Assembly: GCA_002104905.1 (NCBI GenBank)
Contig: MCFE01000743.1
Location: 1 to 40,248, forward strand
Source: Basidiobolus meristosporus CBS 931.73
Taxonomy: Eukaryota > Fungi > Basidiobolomycota
Reading direction: 5' to 3'
Length of the DNA stretch: 40,248 nucleotides
Position 1 is the stretch's first letter. Each line of letters opens with the position of its first letter. The position numbers and the translations under genes were made by a program. Shown here piece after piece: positions 24,615 through 35,042 of the stretch. The notes beneath the pieces are model-generated. The model ran no database searches. It saw only the letters and a program-made list of their open reading frames with translations, and was not told the DNA's origin.

Positions 24615-25376
24615 ATCGCAATTGTAGAGCAGCAGTTTTGAAGTCGATTCATATCCCTTGCCACGGGTTCTAATTCTATATCATCAAATATCTTCTCTTT
24701 TTGTCAGATTTTGAATATCTTCTAATACTCTTTACGCTTTTGTTCGTTTATCTTTTGCTCAGACTGGCTACTGCTCGCATCAAGTGAGATGACTGTTAAA
24801 CGCTTCATATTGGATATATTTTCCATTTTCATTAACCGATCTAAGCATGTGATCTCGTAAATCTCTTGAACCAATATAGATGAAGTTATCATTCTATCCT
24901 ACTTTTAAGAATGGTGGAAGTGATCATGATACAGATTGAGAATAAACCACAAAAAAATCGCAAATATATTGCCTCGTAATACTCACCTGTTGCTCATTTG
25001 CTGTGGTTTGCTGTAATGTGCATGGTGTCAGTACTACTATTACGAAGTATACACAAATCCTATACTCCAGTCCGGATTTCTATGGGGCCAACTTAACGTA
25101 GCAATGCCTTTACATTGTGCAAAACTAGAAAATCTGAACATCGAATCGGTGTTCAGTTCACCCCTAGATAAGTCTGAGCGATTGATAATTCTAGAAGTGC
25201 AAATCCGAATTGGAATATGATGGCTTTTATCTCTTGCGATGCATTCATCTCTACTTCAGGTTTTGTCCGATATTAATCACAGATGTATGTCGTTCAAGAT
25301 TTTGTTGATGCCGTGAGGTTGTGGTGGTATATTTAATGTAGTCTATAAATTAGCATACTGTGAGTAATATAAACAG

Positions 25377-28300
25377 TTAAGAACGTCTTCGACCAGTGGT
25401 TCGCCTTTTTGATATTACAAACTGATGACTAGAAGACTGGGTTAGTTTGGCTGATAATATTTGACGAGAACATCCACTTACTTGTCAAAATCCAGTTCCT
25501 GTCGTAACGCACCAATGCTTACAAATTCTGTCAAGTAGACGGGAAATCCTTCTTTCAGAATTCGAGTGCATTCTTTAGCGTCCTGCTCGGTGCCAATAAC
25601 AATGATACTGGGGGGATCTTGACTGCACGGGTGAGGAGGTAAGGTTGGAAGAAGCTAAAAAGAATGGGTGTGATTAACACAATGTCAACATGGAGGATGA
25701 ATAGTCTTACCTCGGCGCCAGCTACCTCCGCAATTTCGCAAATTCCAGAATTTACATTCTTGGTGGTAAATATTTTCAACCCTTTCATCAAAGGGGCATG
25801 TCTCGCACGCATCAGACTGTCGGACAATCGGAAGTTGTATTGTCTCTCTGCGTTCGTATCTAGAAGCTCAAAGCCGGTTTCATCTAGTGCCGTAAAAATC
25901 AGTATTTATACCATAAATGTATAAGGCGCTTTAAAAAAGCTATACCTACGAAACGCTTCTCAACCATAGATCTGTCAACCCATTCAGGAGACACAATGGG
26001 GATCCCAGAGCAAAGCCCGCAAAGAAACTTGCTGGTTCGCTTGATGTTCATAGCAACCACATGGGTAGCCGTTTGCCATGATTCCTCCATGGTCCCCCCT
26101 AGCTGCTCTACAAACTAAGGCAATTTTTGTTAAAAGCGCGATACATGAATATATACAAGACGCTTAGGCATTTACTTTAGCCTTTGAAGTATCCGTAAAT
26201 CCAGTGAATACCACTTTCGGGTTACTAACGGAACAAGGTGATAATGACCCTAGTCCAGTGTACATAGACTTCCTCTTACTACGCCCTGGGTACTTTCGAG
26301 ATCCAGTTTCGTCCTCGAATGATGATTCCAGGTTGGAATTTGATGTGCTAAGGCTTTCCCTAAATCTCTACATCAGTAATCGCATGGAATTTCTCAAATA
26401 TTCAACAAGCTAATGGCCTACCTTGATGGTTCCAACAAAGCTACGGGTGACTCTACAGTAGATTTGGTCTTCTTTAGCTCCGGTGACTTAGTTTGAGCAG
26501 ATTTCTTTACACGCGATTTGGTTTCCTTGGGCTTGGTCGCTTTTTTCTCCGATACCACCTTATTTTTAGCTGTTCGCTTAGCAGGTTGCTTCTTGGGGAT
26601 TGGTGTGTCAGCTACCAGATCGCCAGATCGTTCTGGTATATCAACTTGCACATCCGCTTCGAAGCCTCTTTGCTTCTTTGGCACACCTCCCTCATCTTCT
26701 TCATTCCCTCTTTTTCCATGTACAACCTCAATCGAAGCTGAAGGTAAGGTGTCCATTTCACTGACAGTTTCCGTATCAATATTCACGAGTGCGCTTTTAT
26801 GGACTGGAGATAATTTGCCACGGGGCTCCTCGGATTTCGGGCTTCCATTTTCATAAGTTTCCTCATTTTGCTTTGAAGCTTCAAGATCAGACTCGTCAGT
26901 AGACGAATCTTGCTCTACGTAATTTCTTGTAACACGAGTAGGGTTCCTTCTGGTAGTAGGCTTCGTTACTTTGGCAGAAACATTGTTTTGGATTGTTCGA
27001 CCATTATTTGTTACATTTAAAGGAGCGATACTGTCATCAGAAACTTGGGGAATCTTCGCTGTGGTCGTATCATCCGTAATCTGATTCGCCTCTAATTCAC
27101 CCAGGATTTTGTCCAGGCTTGGGAATGACTCTGAGGTGGAGTCAGATTCATTCTCTTCTTCTGAATCTATACAATACACCATGAGTTATCAAGGAGAACT
27201 TAAATTGATCATCGACCAGGAATGTGTATTAGGCGCCTAATTACCTTGGATTCGAGGAGGCGGTCGCTGCCTTCTGGATCTTGTGGCTTTAATAAGACTC
27301 TCGCTTGCTAGGTCAAAATGTTAGTTATGTTAAAGTTTCCACGCCAAACATTTGTACAGGGCTACGCACAACTCTTCTCGCTTTCCCCTAGATTTTCTGT
27401 GTTATTGTGATGAGCTTGGAATTACGATACAAATAGATGCCACCAACCGTCTTGAGACACATTTACCGGGAGGCCCATCGGCTGCTCATGGTTAGACTTC
27501 CAGTCATAATAGCAAGACATGCATTAGAAATACTTACTTGTGTTGGCGCTGTCTGGTGAGGCTCTTCTTCATAATCTATCGTTGTGTCGCTGGCATCCGG
27601 CTCATCAATTGGTAGCAGAGTGGACTCGATTTTGTTTTGCTTGAAGAACTCTGTATCGTTTACCGGTATCGTCGCAATAGTATTCTCAGCTTCCATATCC
27701 ATTGGTATGGTGTCAGATTTCGCTATTGATTAGGGATGAGCGTTTGCGACATCTAGGTGTTTAATCTTGGTATCTAATGAAAAGATATTTACAGGAAAAT
27801 GCTGATTTGATGGAATCGTCGTCCGAGTTCTCTTCATCGGAAGGTCGCAGAAAATTAACCGTGGCATGGGCCTGGTATGTATCGTATTAATCTAATAGTA
27901 TATACGAAAAAGTCTAAAATCTCTTACGTTGCTGAGTTCTATAGTCGTTTCAGTATGGATTTAGTATAATGTATAATACATGTATATATATTGAGCAGAC
28001 TTACGTTGTTCAGGAAGAGTAGTCAGGTGCTTTTCTTCCTTAAGCTGCTCCAATATTTCATATCTATAAACAAGTGGCCCTAATGTGATCTTACGACCAG
28101 TTAACAGCTGATATTCTCTCCCGGCACGCAAGCTTTTTTCTCCAAACTTAATTAAATCCTGCGCTGGGCTTGAAATAAAGTGTTCGCCAAATTCGATGTC
28201 TAACGTATATAATAGGCAAAGGTATATTAGTGCTCCGTTTTGTGTCTGCTAGTCTTTGTGACAGCTGCTCGCAAAACATAACCAGAAAGCTCCATACCGA

Positions 28301-28516
28301 AACGCGCATGTATGGGCGCTATCTCCGGAAGCTCGATTCTTACTGTGCATAATTCACTTCGTCCCAAGGTGGTTATTCCAGTGTACAATAGTATCTCTTT
28401 TGGCCCCAGCACTGAATCTGTTCGTAATTTAGCCAAAGGCTTCAAGAGATCGTATTAGTATTTGATAATTTCGGCATTTTGTAGGTTTGATGAGGGACCT
28501 TGTCGGACTTTTTCAT
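25377..28516 (-). CDS. FHA + acidic disordered linker + tandem BRCT protein (MDC1/Mdb1-like), multi-exon; start codon tentative
   Basis: FHA-like LYTGITTLGRSELCTVRIELPEIAPIHARF (28227-28445). BRCT1 ATHVVAMNIKRTSKFLCGLCSGIPIVSPEWVDRS; BRCT2 KGLKIFTTKNV...EIAEVAGAE...GFPVYLTEFVSIGALRQELDF, resembling the MDC1 C-terminus. Confidence 0.78.
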
Positions 28517-30844
28517 CACGCACTTGAAGCAATTAAAAGGAAACTAGTAATGTTATGTTTAGTGCTACTGAACTGCTAGAGTTGGCTACTACTGAAGATA
28601 TCAAATACTTGAAATCAATCGTAGTTTTATTTACTTCTGCGTGAGTAGATTTATTAGTAGAATGTTGCTTATAGGCTCATGAATTCTGTATATTTTGATT
28701 TCAGATAAATTCCACGTCCTATCCATCTATTTCCACAAGATGTCTTCGAATAGCAATGTATCCAAGATCATGTCCCTCATTGAACCATGCTTTCTCAAAC
28801 CACTCTGTACTGAAGAGGAATCCAACGAGTACCTCTGGCACCATGACTAGCATTTAATTATAGGTTCACAGATCATGATGCTCTCATTGTAAGCACAAAC
28901 CACATGGACATCCACCATTACCGCAGTACTCACAGTATCAACTTGAAATAACCAACTCTGGCTAAAAAATACGTAGTTTGAAGACTTCAAGAGTTATTGC
29001 GGCTGTGTATACAATGTTTTGACTTCCAGGGACACGGAAATGCACTTGGACGCTGCTGGCCTAAGATTTTTTACCAGTGCTGAGCATTTATCACATAAGC
29101 CTATAATGCAGTTATGTTCGTAAGAATCCCACCAAGAGTGCAATACGCCCTTGATAGATGGAGTTTCTGAGTTCTGGAGGGCTGCATATTATGAGTCTGA
29201 TGCAGCGAATGCCCGACAAGGTTTCGAACACATTTTTTGACTCAAATAATGCCGCCGATCAAAATTCATTTGAGGATACTCCGACTTTTGATACTTGGTA
29301 GAAGAATTCGCCAATTTTCCATGTAATATGAATATAGCACATCATAAATGGTACAGAGTTGTAGAATGACCTCGAACAAATCGACTGCGCCTCTGGGTAC
29401 TTCCCAAGCACAACCTCCTCATTGTTTCTTTATATTGATCAATTTCGCATCATTTGAAGCCCCTCGCCGATAATTGCATTGATATTGTCAGTTGCCTTCT
29501 CTTGAAGAATGTCTGAGCATACTCTGAGGTAAATAACTTCAGCATTCCATAATCAAAAGTATGTTTCTCCGAGAAGAGACTTATTCGTTCGAGAGCTACG
29601 TGACACTAGCGATCAAAGTGCTTAAAGAGGTGGTGCGAATTCTCGGGGCATCCGTGTAATTTTAACATGTTCATCTTTGGGCATTCCGTTCGATAGGACG
29701 TTCTATTCTTTTATACTTACTGGAACTGAATCTCTATCAGTCTAATTCAATGGTCAACTGTAATAACTGAGTGGGTTGGTGCTAAACCCGCCAACGACGA
29801 CACTACTCTCCTGTAGTTGATTTCGTAGGATTGCTGGATATTTCTTTAGATATATTAATTACAAGCTGTTTTGTTTACAAAAGAAATTTAGGCTGCTAAC
29901 ACCACCACTTTCAAGAAAAAGGGAGCATCATCCAGGTAGTTGGGGCAAAATACCCCGAGCATTGGACATACTGGGAGCAGAAAGATGGGAAGTCCCTCAG
30001 AATCAACGTTGTCATGGCTGAAATCTTAATTGCAGTCGCCGACATGATGTCTTTATTACTGACTACTCGTCAATATTTGGATGCTATATATCTAGGGTTT
30101 GGGATATCCAACGTAATATGCTCATGAATAGTGTAGAGATCCAAGGTTATGCAGTCTGTTCAATTTATACTTTTATCTATGCTTAATTTTTTGAATGGGC
30201 TACAATAGAAAATAAAGGCTTACGTAGTGGTGCCAGTGCTTATTATGATAATCATTGGTCTCTACTGATACACAATAGCCTTCACAACCTCCACTCTAAT
30301 AAATCAAGCAGGATGTAATATTGATCCAAGCGCCCTAAGCCAATTAGCCATCTAGTATTCCTTCGTATCACTTCACAGATCACCAATATAGGCAATGACT
30401 TGTTTTGGTCTTGGGAGGGTCTTCCGCTCCTTTCTATTCGTGGAATTTCACACATGAAATCAGAAAACATTGGTGTATTGAGATAGGTTTTCATCAAAAC
30501 AAGAGAAAGGTACAGCATTCTATTGTAATCTATAGCATCCACAAAGTCATATTTACTCCTCAGGCGATATACAAATCATTATTCTGTACTCTGACTTTGG
30601 CCAGGATCATCCCTGTTGAGCACATGATCAGCAGCGGGGCATCAGAATACATAAAAAGAGTTCTCGTCAAATGCTAATGGAGTTGGACTGGCTTTCCCCA
30701 AAGACATCACGTTATCGTTTTGTTACTAACTCCACATCCCTTCCCTTTCCCCAGGTTCTTAACTATTCACATTCATCCCTTAAATCAAGACCGCATTCAC
30801 CGCACTAAACTTTCAACACCTGCACCCCCCCCTCTTTGACTAGC

Positions 30845-31657
30845 ATGGTTTCGCCAAGATCAGTTAGTTCTTCCTCTAATTCAACAACAGTCTCTAGAGA
30901 TACCTTCTCTATGCAATCTAGACGATCATCAGTATCATCCCACACGTCGTGCGCATCTTCCGGCTTTCGGAAATCTCCGGTTTTGTCTGAAAATACTCGG
31001 ACAATCCCAAGCCTTCTATTTGAAGAGGGTCAGCTTTCACACCGTCGCCGTCTTCGAACCAAAAGTGGGATAATCAGCAGTTCCAATTTCTCCGATAAGG
31101 AGAATATTCCCAACGCGTCTCCCACACCATTGCCAAGACAGACATCCAAATTACCAGAGGGTGTTTGGTATTGTCAGGTGCCGCCTCGTCCTGCCTTTTT
31201 CCCGTATCATAACAATTCAGTGTTTCTTCCTACCGGGAGAGGCCAGGAGTTGGCCCCACAGTTAAGCACTCTAGCATCTCAAGATAATTCAGAGAATTTT
31301 ACTTTTTCTGAAAAGCCTGCTAGAAAGATTCGCCGCCGATCATATTCGGGATCTCAACTCAAAAGCCCCGAGATACTCTCCAAAGCATCGCCATGCTCAT
31401 ATGTTTCATGCCACAGCAACGATAGTAGAACCTCTCTACCAGGGGCCTTGACACAGGACAAAGTCAACTTGTTAAGAAAGATTCGTCAGATAATTACCAA
31501 CAAGAAGAAATCCTCTTTGTCAAAGAAGAAGCCATTATCAAATGCCTTAGTTGCAGAGATTCAGATATCACCACATGTTTCACGAGGTAAGAAACGCCGC
31601 TCAATTGGTGAGCCACTTATTGCTGGCCCAGAGTACTCGAAGATAAATGCATGCTGA
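30845..31657 (+). CDS. Hypothetical Ser/Lys/Arg-rich disordered protein (single long ORF)
   Basis: ~270-codon uninterrupted ORF in a stop-rich region; contains DKENIP and basic clusters; no recognisable folded domain. Confidence 0.5.
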   Translation: MVSPRSVSSSSNSTTVSRDTFSMQSRRSSVSSHTSCASSGFRKSPVLSENTRTIPSLLFEEGQLSHRRRLRTKSGIISSSNFSDKENIPNASPTPLPRQTSKLPEGVWYCQVPPRPAFFPYHNNSVFLPTGRGQELAPQLSTLASQDNSENFTFSEKPARKIRRRSYSGSQLKSPEILSKASPCSYVSCHSNDSRTSLPGALTQDKVNLLRKIRQIITNKKKSSLSKKKPLSNALVAEIQISPHVSRGKKRRSIGEPLIAGPEYSKINAC

Positions 31658-32288
31658 TCGCGCTCGACTCGCATAATGGTATCTTGGCATGCTGGTCATG
31701 CTACACTATTATTAATATCACCAGTATATATATTCACCACACCGATTTTGAACATATAAGACCTCTACACAGATATTGCTCTATAGATATCCACAGCTAT
31801 CTTTACCCTTACAGCATCACTATTATCCCTATACTAAACAACAAAAAAAGCACTTAAACTGATGAAATAGCCATAGAAAACACCTATCTATTAGTTCCAC
31901 TATTGATATCATCCACCCTAAATTTATAAACAATGCCGACTCCATACCATTTTCCTATACCAATATATAATTGCGCAACTAAATATGCTTATCAGGAAAA
32001 GAATTACTGGGTAATTTGCATAAAAGCATTCTACTCAAATGCTTGGTTGGGCCAAAGCTCTTGCTATCACCGCATTGAATTAGAATCATCTCGGGTTAGG
32101 GGAAATGCAGGAAAGTAAGAGATCGTAAGTATTGTCGTGACAAAGGATTTGATAAAAAGATATATCAATACCGATCAATAGACTTGATCACCAGATGAAG
32201 TATGCTCAAAGCAATTGGTATATAACAATGGCATGATTATCTGGCAAAGATCACTCTATATACCAAAATGTAAGCTGTACAAAAGGTA

Positions 32289-32325
32289 GGGCTCCGGGGG
32301 GAATTGAACCCGCGACCTCTCGCAC
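32289..32325 (-). tRNA. 3' half of a tRNA-Pro-like gene (5' half missing or decayed; probable pseudogene)
   Basis: Minus strand GT-GCGAG-AGGTC-GCGGG-TTCAATT-CCCCC-CGGAGCC-C, then TTTT (32281-32284). Matches eukaryotic tRNA-Pro from position 37 onward, with an intact B box and discriminator C. No D-arm or 5' acceptor strand found nearby. Confidence 0.7.
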
Positions 32326-32524
32326 AAAAGGGAGTGAATGTGTCCACATTTGTGAAATTTGTATTTTTAAGCAATACTCAAAAAATTATTCCAAAAATAA
32401 GAAGCTAGCTAAGATACTAAAAATCTCTTCAGTAAATAATTTCACTTGCGCTTGACTTGCAATCTAATATTGGAGTGGAAAAATACAGTTCTTTTAGTGG
32501 AAACAGAAAGTTGGGTGACTTGGA

Positions 32525-33234
32525 GTCAGGGGGGGGGGTGATAATCATCAACTGTTGAAATCATTTTTTCAACAACCCAAAATATAGAAGCCAAGTGCTA
32601 CTTGGGTAGCTTTTTAACAAGTGAATAAAGGGAAGGGTCATTTTGTGAAAGCTTATCACAGAGGTAATGAGGTTCAGGAGGAGTCAAAGTAGAGCTAAGC
32701 AGCATTGGAGGGATAACTCAATGAAGTAATTGTTATAAAAAATCTGTAATTGCACCTGAATATTCACCTAACTTAGTCACTCAGATCATAGAGTTAGGGT
32801 AGGGTAGTCAAAGTTGCTAAGATAGGTGAAATTTATATTTGAATTCAGATAAGCCTAATTACAAATTGGTCAGAGACATTTTGAGAGAATTGTTTAGCAA
32901 TACTTTTGTCAAGTACTACCTCTAGAGTGTGATGGTTGATAAATCTCATGTTAACAATCTTGGATAAATTGTAATCTTGTTGCTTGAGATACATCCTATG
33001 CTCAGATATTGGAATAAACTCCACATTGGCAAAGTAGCAGACAGCCCAGTCTGTAGCAGGAGGTGAAACAGAAGTGGCAGGAAACTTTCTTTTAGTCTTG
33101 GGAGGAGCAGCCAGATATCTTGAGGAAGCAGGAACAGGCTTTTTGACAGCTTCAGAGTAGGAAGCGTGAGTAGGAGCAGATGATTCTTGGGGAGTCTTGT
33201 TGACAGGAAGAGTTGGCACAGGGACAATAGATTC
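32525..33234 (-). mobile_element. Old non-LTR derivative D: ORF1/gag-like fragment fused to an RT C-terminal remnant and a diverged shared 3' tail
   Basis: ORF1-like THASYSEAVKKP...YLKQQDYNLSKIVNMRFINHHTLEVVLDK. Terminal peptide LSSTLTPPEPHYLCDKLSQNDPSLYSLVKKLPK* aligns ungapped (13/33 identical, same stop position) with the end of the RT ORF; diverged tail at 32525-32600. Confidence 0.7.
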
Positions 33235-33975
33235 TTAGGGTTAGGGGGGGGGAGACAGTCACCAACAGGTGAAATCTTTATTTCAGTTGAAACCAAGAAG
33301 CCAGCACTACTGTTGTAGCTTTGATACAAGAGTGTGTAGCTGAGGGGAATTTGCTGGTAGGTTAACAAGAAGTGATGATATTTCTTCAGTGCTCAAGACA
33401 CTATTCAGTGGGAAGGGGGGTAGCAAGAGGGGCAAGAATGATTTGTGAGCAACATTAATGAGGGGAATATGATAAGGATTGATATTCATCATAAAGGGAG
33501 TGTGCTGCTTCAGATATTGCTGCCAAAGGTTTGTCAAGTACCTCAGGTAGGCCAGCTTGGGTTTTTCTAACTGCAGAATATATTGAGCAAACTTCTTGAC
33601 TTAAGGATCTCCAAGTATATTTCTCCAGCAGGAGCCAGGTGTAGTGTGGTGTGTTCTCTTCCATGCCCTAATCAGTGGGTTGTTGCAGTGGTGAAGTCTG
33701 AGATATAATCTGGTTCTAAGGTAGAGTAGTCTGGTCTTATAGGGCATAAACCCAAAAGCACCAAGATTAGCATGTCTATAGGGTCATTCAGGCAGATGAG
33801 GCACCAGGGATTTAATGCACCAGACTGCAAACTTGTCAAGCTTAGTGCAGTCTCTAGAAGTAAGAGAGAGAAGTGGTAAGCCAAATTCCAGGACAGGGAA
33901 GACAAATTGCTAGAGTAGAAGGAGGCAGCTGGGAGCTGAAGTTGTAGGAGGAGTAACAATCAGTAGCTTGTGGAT
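33235..33975 (-). mobile_element. Non-LTR retrotransposon copy C: 3' fragment, diverged, internal stop
   Basis: Aligns with the 3' ~730 nt of copy A; in-frame TAA near 33600; tail begins TTAGGGTTAGGG on the plus strand. Confidence 0.9.
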
Positions 33976-34068
33976 GTTGTAAAAATTTGTAATTCCAACT
34001 AAATATTCACCTAGCTTAGTCATTTAAATCATTACCCTCAAATTCTAGAGAATACTGACCAAATTCCT

Positions 34069-34323
34069 TGTTGGGATTTACTTGGAATATTTTCACCAAA
34101 ATACCAGGTACCCAGAACATGAAAATTCTCAAAGTTGTCCAAACAGCCCCAAACTTTGCACACATACTCTAGGGACCTTCCTTAACCTATTCTACGTGTT
34201 TGTTATGCCAAGACCAGGTAAAAGTATAATTACTACTTTTACCTTCAATAAATCATTAAGTGAAAACCACATAATCTACTTGTCCTCCCAATCACTTCCA
34301 ATATCTCCAAGACTCTTACAACA
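34069..34323 (+). mobile_element. Ty1/copia 5' LTR (255 bp)
   Basis: TGTTG...CAACA terminal inverted repeat, directly followed by a copia-type PBS and gag. Confidence 0.88.
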
Positions 34324-34335
34324 GGTTATGAGCCC
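34324..34335 (+). promoter_or_regulatory. Primer-binding site GGTTATGAGCCC (copia-type, initiator-tRNA-Met half-molecule priming)
   Basis: Immediately follows the LTR CA; one mismatch to the Drosophila copia PBS GGTTATGGGCCC as I recall it. Confidence 0.75.
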
Positions 34336-34354
34336 CAAACTGTCACTCTCTGCA

Positions 34355-35042
34355 ATGTCCACTACTGCTATTACTGGAATTTTTCCCTCTGCTGAAAAGT
34401 TGAATGGATCTAACTACCAAGTGTGAAAGGTGATAATGAAGATGCTGCTACAACAAAGAGGCCTTTAAGATATTGTCATGGGAGAAGAATGCCCTCCTAA
34501 AAACGTGGGAGAGGAAGCCTTGAAGTACCAGAAGAAAGAACAAAGTGCCTTTAACTGCATTTGCCTTAATGTCAAGGACAAATTGCTAATTCAATGCTCA
34601 AGAGTAAAAACGGCAAAGAATGCCTGGAAGGCATTAGAAGACACCTACCAGTCATGTTCAGCTGCCAAGAAAATGTATCTGAGAAGAAAATTCTTTACTA
34701 CAAAGATGCTGCCAGGAGAAGAAATGAAAAATCTAATTAACAGAATTACCCTGTTGGTAGATGAGATGGAATCTGTGGGCGTACCAACTACTGATGAGGA
34801 TGTGATAGTTACCATCCTGAATAGCCTGACAAACGAGTTTCAGGGCCTTGTATCAGCCCTAGAGTCCAGAACTGAAGATTTGACCTTAAATTACGTATAT
34901 GGAAGGCTCCTGGATGAAGAATTAAGAAAATCAAGCGCCAATAAGAAGGAAGAAGAAAATGCTTTAATAAGCAATGATAACCAACAAAGGAGGTACCCAA
35001 GACCCTACAGTGGCAACAGCAACCTGTTTTGCAACTACTGCG
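34355..35042 (+). pseudogene. Ty1/copia gag (UBN2-type), two premature stops, truncated within the zinc knuckle
   Basis: KLNGSNYQV*KVIMKMLLQQRGL*DIVMGEE...AKNAWKALEDTY...MYLRRKFFTTKM...DEDVIVTILNSLTNEF...LLDEE...LFCNYC, then an abrupt switch to TTAGGG plus element tail. Confidence 0.92.
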
